DNA of 64,000 nucleotides from Chthoniobacterales bacterium (GTDB lineage: Bacteria > Verrucomicrobiota > Verrucomicrobiia > Chthoniobacterales > JAFAMB01), in contig JBAUZZ010000216.1 of NCBI GenBank assembly GCA_049585495.1, forward strand, positions 3,043-67,042. Reading direction: 5' to 3'. The position numbers were made by a program, and so were the translations under genes. A model generated the notes under the pieces. It had not been told where the DNA came from and searched no databases. It saw only the letters and a list, made by a program, of their open reading frames with translations. Shown in pieces: positions 53,777 to 62,474 of this stretch (its first letter is position 1; each line of letters starts with the position of its first letter).

Positions 53777-54994
53777 ATGCCAGCTCTTGAAGAAGTTTTT
53801 CTTTATGAGGCCCTTCGGACTCCACGCGGGCGCGGCAAAGCAAACGGCGCGTTGCATACACAAACACCGCTGGGTCTGGTAACGACGCTGCTGAAGGCGT
53901 TGGCGTGCCGGCATCCGGACCTCGAACAGGCCGTCGACGAAGTCGTCCTCGGCTGTTGTGAACAATACAACGACCAAGGCGCCAACCTTGCGCGTTCCGC
54001 CGCGATCCAGGCAGGATACGCGATTACGACGCCAGGCATGATGGTTTCGCGCTTCTGCGGCTCGGCCCTCGATGCTGTCAATATCGGGGCAGCCAAGGTC
54101 ATGGCCGGCCAAAATGAATTGGTGGTCGCTGGTGGCGTCGAGATGTTGTCTCTGTTCACGATTTTCGGGTCGGGTGGACCGTTGGCTTCGGATGTTGCTT
54201 TTAAGGATAAAGTTGTCGCCATTCCGCAAGGGCTCTCGGCGGATCTTATAGCCACCCGACAAGGCTATTTGCGCTCGGACGTAGACGCATTCGCGGCAGC
54301 CTCGCAGCAGCGCGCTTTCGCCGCGTGGAAGAATGGCTGGTTCCAGAATTCCGTTGTCCCTGTGCGTGGGGAAGACGATTCAGTCGTGCTCAGCCGAGAC
54401 GAACTCGTGCGGGACAATGTCACTGTCAGCAGTTTGGCCAAACTCCCGCTTTCCTTCCGTAAAGCAGGGGAAGAGGAGGGATATGCTGAAATCATTCGTT
54501 TTCGCTATCCGGAGGTTGGACCCGTCCGATACGTGCACCACGCGGGCAATTCGTCAGGAATTGCCGACGGAGCAGGGATCGTTTTGCTGGGCAACGCCGA
54601 GGCGGGAACCAGACTCGGCCTGAAGGCACGAGCTAGAATCATGTCAACTGGGAGCGCGGCCGACGACCCGTGTATTATGCTCACGGCGCCGGCGGCCTCG
54701 ACACGGCGGGCGTTGCAGCGGCTTGGGTTACGTTTTTCGGACGTCGATCTATACGAGGTAAACGAGGCGTTCGCTTCAGTCGTGCTCTACTTTATGGAGC
54801 GGACAAAAGTCCCGCATGAAAAAGTCAATGTCGTGGGCGGATCGATCGCGATGGGTCACCCAGTCGGCGCAACCGGAGCGATGTTGCTTGGAACATTGAT
54901 TGATGAACTCGAGCGGCGCGGACTCGAGCGCGGTGTGGTGACTATGTGCACGGGGCTAGGGATGGGTGTTGCCACCGTGATTGAACGGGCATGA
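53777..54994 (+). CDS. fadA: acetyl-CoA C-acyltransferase (thiolase)
   Basis: The active-site Cys context is VSRFCGSALDAV. The C-terminus has NEAFASV and GGSIAMGHPVGATG...CTGLGMG (His and Cys). Confidence 0.9.
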   Translation: MPALEEVFLYEALRTPRGRGKANGALHTQTPLGLVTTLLKALACRHPDLEQAVDEVVLGCCEQYNDQGANLARSAAIQAGYAITTPGMMVSRFCGSALDAVNIGAAKVMAGQNELVVAGGVEMLSLFTIFGSGGPLASDVAFKDKVVAIPQGLSADLIATRQGYLRSDVDAFAAASQQRAFAAWKNGWFQNSVVPVRGEDDSVVLSRDELVRDNVTVSSLAKLPLSFRKAGEEEGYAEIIRFRYPEVGPVRYVHHAGNSSGIADGAGIVLLGNAEAGTRLGLKARARIMSTGSAADDPCIMLTAPAASTRRALQRLGLRFSDVDLYEVNEAFASVVLYFMERTKVPHEKVNVVGGSIAMGHPVGATGAMLLGTLIDELERRGLERGVVTMCTGLGMGVATVIERA

Positions 54995-56943
54995 GTACAG
55001 AACGCGTTCGAGCCATTATCTGTCCGGCCATCATCTCCAAAGAGTTTCTTGATGCCATCGACTCGACGATCGCGGACCCGGAGGCCGCCGCTGTAATCCT
55101 GGAATTTGAGGGCGGGGAGAATGCAGCAAGCCTCGAGTGTTTCCTCGCCTCCTTCCCTTTCGTCGATCAGCTTCGCGTCTTGTTGCGGAAACTGGAGGTT
55201 TCCGGCAAACCAGTTGCAGGCGTTGTTCATCGATCATTGATTGGACTGCCCTTTGAGATTGCCTTGGCGTGCCACGCCCGATTTGTCGCTGACCAGAACG
55301 CTAGATTGGGGTTTCCCTTTCTCCGGTTCGGACAGTTACCGGTGATCGGTTCAACCCAACGCCTGCCGCGGCTGGTGGGGATTGAGACAGCCGCTGCGAT
55401 CCTGCTTCGTGAGGAACTCCTCGACACCCAAAGTGCTCAAGAACTGCATCTTGTAACGCTCTGCATCGACGATCTAAGAGCTCGTGCGCTGGAATGGGCG
55501 CAGGCAAATAGTTCGATTAGGCAACCGTGGGATCTTGCGGATCGACCAACGATTAATACTCAAAGCGTGCAGGGTCGGCAGACGCTTCAAAGCCTCTTTC
55601 TCAAGTTGAGACATAAGGCCCCGCCGGAAGATACGGGTTCGGCCGCGCTGCTGAGATGTTTTCACGATGGCTTGGAAAGATCCGTGGATGCCGGAATTCG
55701 GTTGGAAGCCGAAGAAGGGAGAAGGGTACGAACTTCGGTTGCAGTGCGCAACCGCCTCCACGTTCTCCATCATCTCCGAAGCAAGGCGCTGAAGCGTTCT
55801 ACTCAAGCGGCTGGTCAAATCAGGCAAATCGGCGTGCTCGGCGCCGGTGCGATGGGAACTGGGATCGCTTTTACCGCCGCGAAGCGAGGTTGCAACGTTT
55901 GCCTGTTCGATGTCTTTCCGGAGGCTTTGGAGCGATCGATCCAGCGCATAAAGCATCTTGGCAAGCGAGAATCAAACGAGCTTCTGAACCGAGTTTCTTT
56001 CGTTGGCGATCCCCGTTTACTCTCGCAATGCGAATTTGTGATCGAGGCGGTATTCGAGAAACCGGACATCAAGCGCGCAATCCTTCGGACTGTCTCGGAG
56101 CTGGTTCGTCCGGACACCATCCTATCGTCGAACACGACCACACTGCCGATTTCTGATTTGGCGATGGCGTGCCGGTGTCCCGGGAATTTTATAGGCACCC
56201 ATTTCTTTTCGCCGGTAGACCGTATGGAGCTTCTGGAAATCGTCATCGGCACCCAGACTTCCACCGAAGCAATCAATGGAGCGTTTCGTCTTGCGAGGAC
56301 CCTTGGCAAGGTCCCGGTCGTCGTGCGGGATGGACCGGGGTTCTACACCAGCCGGGTTGTCGCCGCGTATACCCAGGAGGCGTTGTTTCTGTTACGCGAG
56401 GGTGTTTCGCCGTGGTTCATCGACAATGTCGCCCAGAATGGCGGCATGATCGTCGGCCCGCTCGCAATGGCCGATCTCTTGTCGCTCGACCTTCTCCTCG
56501 ACATCTTTCGAAGCCTTGGCGAGCACGGCAGGGGTAGCGCAAAGTATGCGAACGAATCTGTCGAAATTCTTCAGCAATTTACTTCCCACGGCCGCCTCGG
56601 CCGTAAAACCTCTGGGGGCATCTACGATTACGCCGAAAAGGATAGGAAAATCGATTGGCCGGGGCTAAAAGATTATTTTCCGCCTTCGCCTCAAGCGCCT
56701 TCGCCGGAAGAGATTACGCAAAGGCTGTTCTTGATCCAAACAATCGAAACGCTTCATGCCTTACGCGAGAATATTCTCGACGATCCTGAGACGGCAGATC
56801 TAGCCTCTGTCCTCGGTTGGAGCTATCCGGCATTCCGCGGCGGGGTCATGCGCTACAAGGATGACTTGGGCGAGGAGCAATTTCAGAATCTCCGCCGGTC
56901 TCTCGAGTCAAAGCACGGAGCCCGGTTTGCGCTACCGGGCTGA
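54991..56943 (+). CDS. FadB-like fatty-acid oxidation protein: 3-hydroxyacyl-CoA dehydrogenase with a divergent crotonase-like N-domain
   Basis: The HCDH Rossmann motif is IGVLGAGAMGTGIAFTAA. The HCDH core is FIGTHFFSPVDRMELLEIV. The N-terminal 190 aa align to the crotonase fold but lack key motifs (see finding). The start overlaps the fadA stop in ATGA. Confidence 0.8.
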   Translation: MSTERVRAIICPAIISKEFLDAIDSTIADPEAAAVILEFEGGENAASLECFLASFPFVDQLRVLLRKLEVSGKPVAGVVHRSLIGLPFEIALACHARFVADQNARLGFPFLRFGQLPVIGSTQRLPRLVGIETAAAILLREELLDTQSAQELHLVTLCIDDLRARALEWAQANSSIRQPWDLADRPTINTQSVQGRQTLQSLFLKLRHKAPPEDTGSAALLRCFHDGLERSVDAGIRLEAEEGRRVRTSVAVRNRLHVLHHLRSKALKRSTQAAGQIRQIGVLGAGAMGTGIAFTAAKRGCNVCLFDVFPEALERSIQRIKHLGKRESNELLNRVSFVGDPRLLSQCEFVIEAVFEKPDIKRAILRTVSELVRPDTILSSNTTTLPISDLAMACRCPGNFIGTHFFSPVDRMELLEIVIGTQTSTEAINGAFRLARTLGKVPVVVRDGPGFYTSRVVAAYTQEALFLLREGVSPWFIDNVAQNGGMIVGPLAMADLLSLDLLLDIFRSLGEHGRGSAKYANESVEILQQFTSHGRLGRKTSGGIYDYAEKDRKIDWPGLKDYFPPSPQAPSPEEITQRLFLIQTIETLHALRENILDDPETADLASVLGWSYPAFRGGVMRYKDDLGEEQFQNLRRSLESKHGARFALPG

Positions 56944-57254
56944 TCAATCCTCGGCAGGAGCAGACCAACGGATGTGGTAACTGGAGGGTGATGTTCCGCC
57001 ATCGCCGCGATATGGCTCCCAATGAAAAACGCTACGACGGAGCGTAGCGCAGCTTGTGGCTTCTTATTTGGTAGGGTCGTTTCTCCGAAACGATCGAAAT
57101 TTCATTTGAGCCAGAAAGTCCCGAAATCTTGCGTGATGTGTCGAAGTGAACGTTTTCGAACGCTTTATGACGCAAAATCGGCGCCCGCTCGTGAGTCCAA
57201 CAACAAATTTTCTTCGAGAAACTGACCATCCGCCGGTATAGTTCCAATTCGAGC

Positions 57255-58448
57255 ATGATCCAACGAGATTACCTTATTGTCGGCGGTGGCGTCGCGGCCG
57301 CGAGTGCTTGCGAAGCATTGCGCCAATATGACCCAAAAGGATCGGTGACACTCGTCAGCAACGAGCCGCACCTTCCTTACCAGCGACCTCCGTTGTCAAA
57401 AGTTGTCCTCAAGGACGGATATCCATCCATCGAAAAGCTGGCCGAAAGATCAGCGGACTGGTATCGGAAAAGGGGAGTCGAGGTGCGGATCGCGACCCTA
57501 GTCCGCGAGTTTAACATCGAACGAAGACTCGCCGTTCTGGAGAATGGTCAAACGGTTGAATTTCGCAAGGCCTGTCTCGCGACCGGAAGCCGGGCGCGGC
57601 GGCCTCAGGTGGCTGGCGCGAATCTTGGGAACGTGGTCTATCTGCGAACCTATCGGGATGTTCTTGCGATACGCGAAATCCTGAGTTCGGAAAAGCACGT
57701 GGTTATCGTGGGATCCGGTTATCTGGGGGCTGAAGCGGCTTCGTCATTGCTCCAGTCCGGTTGCAAACTTACCCTGCTCAGCCGGGACAAAGCGATCTGG
57801 CAGGAGCTCTTGGATCCGCAAACGGCGGATTGGCTCACCAATCGATTTAGCGATGCTGGTGTCCAGCTATTGCTGAACGAGAACTTGAACGGATTCGAGG
57901 GCAAGACTGCCGTGCGGAATGTTCAAACCAAGAGCGGTCTTCGTTTCCCTGCCGGACTCGCAATCGTCGCGATCGGCACTGAGCCAAATCTGCAGCTTGT
58001 CACAAATACGCCTCTTAGCAGCCCTGGCGGCTGCCCGGTGAATGAGTACCTCGAAAGCGATGAAAAAGGCATCTATGCCGTTGGGGATATCGCTCTCTAC
58101 CCAGACCGAATTTATGGTGGCGCTCGCCGGGTCACGAACTACGAAATGGCCAAGGCTCAAGGACTGGTCGCAGGTGCAAACATGACCGGCCGGAAACGGC
58201 AAAAATTCGAGATTGTGCCAACTTGCTCCAGCAGCGTTCTTGGGATGCATTTCGATTTCGTTGGCGACTTCAGCACGCCCCACCTTTTGGCCGATCTCGA
58301 TGGTTCGAGAGAAAAGGCAAACTTTATCGCCAGATATCGTCGCGGCGATCTCTTGACCGCAGCCGTTTTGTGCAATCGGAAGCCGGACGAAGTCAGACGG
58401 ATTCAGGAAGAAGTCAAAATCAGCATGTTTTCGCGATTGAAGAAGTAG
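57255..58448 (+). CDS. NAD(P)/FAD-dependent oxidoreductase (ferredoxin reductase/AIF-like)
   Basis: The FAD GxGxxA motif is YLIVGGGVAAASA. The NAD GxGxxG motif is VVIVGSGYLGAE. There is also YAVGD. Confidence 0.85.
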   Translation: MIQRDYLIVGGGVAAASACEALRQYDPKGSVTLVSNEPHLPYQRPPLSKVVLKDGYPSIEKLAERSADWYRKRGVEVRIATLVREFNIERRLAVLENGQTVEFRKACLATGSRARRPQVAGANLGNVVYLRTYRDVLAIREILSSEKHVVIVGSGYLGAEAASSLLQSGCKLTLLSRDKAIWQELLDPQTADWLTNRFSDAGVQLLLNENLNGFEGKTAVRNVQTKSGLRFPAGLAIVAIGTEPNLQLVTNTPLSSPGGCPVNEYLESDEKGIYAVGDIALYPDRIYGGARRVTNYEMAKAQGLVAGANMTGRKRQKFEIVPTCSSSVLGMHFDFVGDFSTPHLLADLDGSREKANFIARYRRGDLLTAAVLCNRKPDEVRRIQEEVKISMFSRLKK

Positions 58449-58497
58449 ACTTCACGAGTTTCGAGTTCCGAGTTCAAGATATGGGTGTTTGTTCGCT

Positions 58498-58523
58498 TGT
58501 AGGGCGGCTGGGTCAGCCGCCGG
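58498..58523. repeat. solo TGTAGGGCGGCTGGGTCAGCCGCCGG end
   Basis: Identical to the left end of the 800-911 unit, with no partner end nearby. Confidence 0.7.
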
Positions 58524-58540
58524 ACCTTCGGGAATTTACC

Positions 58541-59443
58541 CTAGAAGACCGCGGGAACCCCCTCTTTCATCACAGACACCATCGATTCGATGTGATGCTG
58601 GCGAACAGCGGCTCCAAGGCGGTACAGTGGCTCTTCCAGAGGCTCGTAGCTCAATCGGAACGAGCCGTAGTGCATTGGGACCATACGCTTTGCCTTCAGT
58701 TCCAGGAACGCACGGACGGCTTCCTCCGGGTTCATGTGGACCTCACGCCGGCTAAGGGATTCGTATGCTCCGATTGGCAACAACGCTATTTCGGTCGGGA
58801 GCCGGTCTCCAATCTCGGCGAACCCCTTGAAGTAGGCGCTGTCGCCGCAATGAAACACGGTCCGCTTGCCCAGCTTGAGATGGAAGCCACCAAATCCGCG
58901 GCGGTAATCGTGGAGCACCCGGGCACCCCAATGGTGACACGGTGTCAAGGTGACGCTAATTTCGCCGACGGCCAGGGTTTCCCATGGAAGAAGTTCATGC
59001 ACGCGATTGAAGCCCAGGTCGAAGACTAAATTACCCACGCCCTGAGGCACTATAATCGGTTGGGCATCGGCTATCCTCCGCAGGGTACGACGATCGAGAT
59101 GGTCGAAGTGAGCATGTGTCACCAGCACCAGGTCGATTTCCGGCAAATGGTCAAGCCGGATGCCAGGACGCTGGATTCGTTTTAGCACTTTCAACCAAAG
59201 CGACCAGATCGGGTCCACCAGAATGTTCAGTCCGCGCCAGCCGATAAGAAAGGAGGCGTGACCAATCCAGGTCAGGCCGATTTCGTCCGAGCCTAACGCC
59301 GGAAACGTCGGGCGTAACGGCCGGCCCTTTCGCCGGGTGAACAGGGAGGGCAAATAAACTTCGGTGATGAAGTTTCTCCTTAACCAGCCTCTTCCCGGTC
59401 GGAGACCGACTCGATACCCATGATTCGGCGAAGTATTCGACAC
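58541..59443 (-). CDS. MBL-fold metallo-hydrolase
   Basis: LVLVTHAHFDHLD is the HxHxDH motif. WIGHASFLI... fits the Lactamase_B_2/3 type. The start position is uncertain. Confidence 0.8.
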   Translation of the reverse strand: MSNTSPNHGYRVGLRPGRGWLRRNFITEVYLPSLFTRRKGRPLRPTFPALGSDEIGLTWIGHASFLIGWRGLNILVDPIWSLWLKVLKRIQRPGIRLDHLPEIDLVLVTHAHFDHLDRRTLRRIADAQPIIVPQGVGNLVFDLGFNRVHELLPWETLAVGEISVTLTPCHHWGARVLHDYRRGFGGFHLKLGKRTVFHCGDSAYFKGFAEIGDRLPTEIALLPIGAYESLSRREVHMNPEEAVRAFLELKAKRMVPMHYGSFRLSYEPLEEPLYRLGAAVRQHHIESMVSVMKEGVPAVF

Positions 59444-59474
59444 AGCACAAGAGTTTCTATTGAATTGTACCGAA

Positions 59475-60026
59475 ATGGCAACCGACCGCTCGATTCATTT
59501 TTGGAAGCGGGATCTGCGTTCGCAAATGAAGCGCCGGCTTCGGGAACTTCAAAAAGAGCAATACGAGGCGAAGTCGGCAAAAATCTGCCACAAGGTCACA
59601 AACAGTTTCGCATCTGCGAACGTCGTTGCGGCGTTCGCATCCAGCCGATTTGAACCAAACCTTGAGACGCTGTGGACTCAGGGTTTTTTTGTACGGAGAA
59701 TCGCTCTCTATCCGAAAATCGACGGCAACAATCTTGTATTTTGTCCTGTGGCTTTCAGCAGCGAGCTGAGCCCGGGCCAACTCGGAATTCGCGAGCCGGT
59801 CACCCCGCCGACACGACTCAATCCGGACGTCATTCTCGTACCGGGGCTCGCCTTCAGCAGCAATGGCTATCGACTTGGACGAGGCGCGGGGTTTTACGAC
59901 CGTTTTTTAGGTCTAAGCTCTACCAACATGATCAAGGCCGGGATTTGTTTCGATTTCCAGCTTATCCCTGAGCTGCCGATCGAATGTCACGATGTGCGGA
60001 TGGATTTGGTCATTAGCGATGAGTAA
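59475..60026 (+). CDS. 5-formyltetrahydrofolate cyclo-ligase
   Basis: LGIREP....PDVILVPGLAFSSNGYRLGRGAGFYDRFL is the family signature. ATG at 59475. Confidence 0.88.
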   Translation: MATDRSIHFWKRDLRSQMKRRLRELQKEQYEAKSAKICHKVTNSFASANVVAAFASSRFEPNLETLWTQGFFVRRIALYPKIDGNNLVFCPVAFSSELSPGQLGIREPVTPPTRLNPDVILVPGLAFSSNGYRLGRGAGFYDRFLGLSSTNMIKAGICFDFQLIPELPIECHDVRMDLVISDE

Positions 60027-60207
60027 GAGAGTGAGTGCGAGTGCGAGTGAAAAGGGCAAGGGTTGAATAAGGGTTCAATGGATAACCAAACAACCCTGTC
60101 CCACAGAGCTCCGAAGCGCCGACGAAAACCGTCACCAGCAGACCTCCACGATCAGTACACACTCGCACTCACACTCACACTCACACTCGCACTCGCACTC
60201 ACACTCC
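60027..60207. repeat. inverted-repeat hairpin with tandem-hexamer arms (GAGTGC / CACTCG-CACTCA)
   Basis: The left arm is GAGAGTGAGTGCGAGTGCGAGTGAAAAG (60027-60054). The right arm 60155-60207 is (CACTCG/CACTCA)x8. There is a perfect 19-nt match, GTGAGTGCGAGTGCGAGTG. The central spacer is about 100 bp. Confidence 0.85.
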
Positions 60208-60579
60208 GGCAGCGGGCACCTGCATCTCAAACCTTGGGATGCGCACGATAAACGGCTCGCCGCCATCGGTTATTCCAAGGAACGAACCTTCAGCAACGCT
60301 ATCGGTTCCTATCACGTGGTAACTGTTGTAAGAGAAGCGTTCCCCCGGCTTCAGGCGGGGTAATTCGCCGACAACCCCGTCACCCTCGACGACGACCTTT
60401 TCTCCGAGTTGATCTGTGATGACCCACTTCCGGCCGCGAATCGTGATCGTTTCAGATGATTGGTTATCAATCGTTATGAAGTAGACGAAAGGGTACGGTC
60501 GATCGGGAGGTGCCTCCAGCGTTGGCACGTAGATAAGTCTGTCGACCGTTACGCGAAGATCAGTGAGTTCATGAAACAC
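60199..60579 (-). CDS. apaG: ApaG (DUF525) protein
   Basis: RVTVDRLIYVPTLEAPPDRPYPFVYFITIDNQS.ETITIRGRKWVITDQLGEKVVVEGDGVVGELPRLKPGERFSYNS is the ApaG fold pattern. I chose the GTG at 60579, giving 126 aa (typical size). The track ORF extends to 60711 and would overlap thiD. Confidence 0.75.
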   Translation of the reverse strand: MFHELTDLRVTVDRLIYVPTLEAPPDRPYPFVYFITIDNQSSETITIRGRKWVITDQLGEKVVVEGDGVVGELPRLKPGERFSYNSYHVIGTDSVAEGSFLGITDGGEPFIVRIPRFEMQVPAAGV

Positions 60580-60628
60580 GACAGAATCAGCTCTACAATG
60601 GCAGATTTCGATTGGAAAGTCTGATTCT

Positions 60629-61426
60629 ATGCCAACTCCTGTTGCCCTTACGATCGCAGGATCAGACAATTCCGCCGGAGCGGGAATCCAGGCCGACCTG
60701 AAGACCTTCACTCATTTCCGGGTCTATGGGCAAACAGTTGTTAGTTGTGTAGTTGCCGAAGTTCCAGGCAGAGTCTTTCGGATTCAGCCGGTCGACCTTG
60801 AAGTCATTCGCGACCAACTGTCTTTGAGCTTGGGATATTTCCCCGTGAGCGCAATCAAGACCGGTATGCTGTTTTCCGCAGAGATCGTCGATTTGGTCTG
60901 TGACGCCATTGGATCGCAACCAAAGGCTCGGCGACCTGCCCTGGTCGTCGATCCGGTAATGGTGGCGGGTTCTGGCGATGCCTTGCTTCAATCCGACGCG
61001 ATCGAGCGTTACCGAGATCGCTTATTTCCACTTGCCTCGGTAGTGACGCCAAACCTGAATGAGGCTGGGTTGCTGCTGGGAAGGAGCATCTCAACGCTGG
61101 AGGCACTGCATCGAGCGGCAGCAGAATTGGCCTCCTGTTACGGTGTTCCATTTCTCGTCAAGGGTGGACACTTGCCCGGCCCGTCCGCCGTCGATCTGCT
61201 AGTCGCGGGCGATCGCGAGATCGAAATGTCGGCGCCGTACCAGGCGAATATCTCAACGCATGGCACGGGTTGTACATTCTCTGCTGCGATTGCGGCGAAC
61301 CTCGCCCTTGGTAAAAACCTTCAAGAGGCCGCACAGTCGGCAAAAAGCTTTATCACCCGAGCGATCTCAAGCTCCCTCCAGTGGACGGGTAGCCAAGGTG
61401 AGATCTCGGCCTTGAACCCATGGTAG
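60629..61426 (+). CDS. thiD: hydroxymethylpyrimidine/phosphomethylpyrimidine kinase
   Basis: VALTIAGSDNSAGAGIQADLKTF...AIKTGML...VVDPVMVA..G...TPNL.EA...VKGGH...HGTGCTFSAAIAA. Confidence 0.94.
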   Translation: MPTPVALTIAGSDNSAGAGIQADLKTFTHFRVYGQTVVSCVVAEVPGRVFRIQPVDLEVIRDQLSLSLGYFPVSAIKTGMLFSAEIVDLVCDAIGSQPKARRPALVVDPVMVAGSGDALLQSDAIERYRDRLFPLASVVTPNLNEAGLLLGRSISTLEALHRAAAELASCYGVPFLVKGGHLPGPSAVDLLVAGDREIEMSAPYQANISTHGTGCTFSAAIAANLALGKNLQEAAQSAKSFITRAISSSLQWTGSQGEISALNPW

Positions 61427-61449
61427 GGCGCCGGTCGTCGTCCGGCTTA

Positions 61450-61666
61450 GGTGACCAGTAGCCAGGGGGGTCAGTAGTCAGTGGTCAGTAGCCAGTAGCC
61501 AGTAATCTGTAATCTATGGTCGGTGGCCCGTCCGCGATTTTCTTTGCAGCTCGGCGGGCTGAGAGCGGTGCAGCAGAATCTGTCTAGGCATGACGTTCCC
61601 GTGGAACCAGCTACAGACCACAGCTTACTGACTACTGATTACTGATTTACTGACCACCCGATCACC
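61450..61666. repeat. inverted-repeat hairpin with CAGTRRY tandem-heptamer arms (same heptamer as 12336 element)
   Basis: The left arm is GGTGACCAGTAGCCAGGGGGGTCAGTAGTCAGTGGTCAGTAGCCAGTAGCCAGTAATCTGTAATC. The right arm is ..CTGACTACTGATTACTGATTTACTGACCACCCGATCACC. The outer ends are GGTGA(C/T)C / G(A/G)TCACC. The spacer is about 80 bp. Confidence 0.8.
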
Positions 61667-61737
61667 GTCCAACCCTTGATCCTTGGAAAGGTCTGTGTCA
61701 CTCTCCGGTTTCACATCAGATCCCATAAGACAGAATC

Positions 61738-62466
61738 ATGCACCGGAGTATCCCCGTCTTGTTTGCCGCATTCCTCGTGAGCGGCTGCTTTCACCGCCAT
61801 TCCCGCACAGAAAACGCAGGGTCCACCGGTCCGAGACAAGCCACGGTCGAGTGGTTAGGCCGCGGCAGCTTTCTGGTGAGTTCTTCGATCGGCCTCTCGA
61901 TGTTGCTTGATCCATTCAATCCGGGCGTCGCCCACATTCCGGTCAAGGTCGCCAGCATTCCGGCTGATGTCGTTTTTATTACCCATGAGGATGAGATGTC
62001 CAATTTCACGGACCTGGCTGCCGGCTCGCCGCAAATCTTTCGGAGCTCGATGGCGACCGGGGTGAATCGCGCCAGCGGCATTCTTGTTCGCGGGGTTCGA
62101 ACCAGTTCGGAAAATCTCGCTGCTACCGGCAGGCTGAATGTTGCGTACGTTTTTGCGATGGATGGAGTAAGATTTTGTGACCTGGGGGCAATCGAGGACG
62201 CGATTACCCCGTCAGAGGCTTTGAATATCGGGACCGTCGATGTGCTTTTCATCCCAGTCGGTGGGCCGCCCAACTTCACAGACGCGAAGCGCTTGGCTAC
62301 AATTGACCGGCTTCGGCCAAAGATAGTCGTCCCATGGCCGTATGGGGGGAGCTTCGAAAGGATTCCCGGACAGATGAATGTTGTTCGCTTGAACTCGATT
62401 CGATTTACCGTTTCTTCCTCCGCCCTGCCCGCGACTACGACCGTCTACATTCTTTCCGGCCACTGA
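61738..62466 (+). CDS. MBL-fold hydrolase-like lipoprotein
   Basis: The lipobox is LVSGC (MHRSIPVLFAAFLVSGCF). GRGSFLV...VVFITHEDEMSNF is an atypical metal motif (HEDE rather than HxHxDH) of the UlaG/YtkL-like beta-lactamase superfamily. Confidence 0.6.
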   Translation: MHRSIPVLFAAFLVSGCFHRHSRTENAGSTGPRQATVEWLGRGSFLVSSSIGLSMLLDPFNPGVAHIPVKVASIPADVVFITHEDEMSNFTDLAAGSPQIFRSSMATGVNRASGILVRGVRTSSENLAATGRLNVAYVFAMDGVRFCDLGAIEDAITPSEALNIGTVDVLFIPVGGPPNFTDAKRLATIDRLRPKIVVPWPYGGSFERIPGQMNVVRLNSIRFTVSSSALPATTTVYILSGH

Positions 62467-62474
62467 GGAAAGTT

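Noticed and set aside
57021-57075. Considered the small hairpin CGCTACG-ACGGAG-CGTAGCG followed by a T-richer stretch, about 90 nt after the fadB-like stop, as a terminator.
   Set aside because: The stem is only 7 bp and the T-tract is poor (CTTCTTATTTGG). The motif GGAGCGTAGCG also occurs in the 7269 palindrome, so it may be a repeat fragment.
61526-61606. GGGCTGAGAG...AATCTGTCTAGGCATGACG just downstream of thiD looked superficially like a TPP riboswitch core (CUGAGA box).
   Set aside because: The P4/P5 pairing (CCUGAUCUGG...CCAGCG) and the UAGGGA element are absent. The downstream gene is not thiamine-related, and the segment is the spacer of a repeat hairpin.
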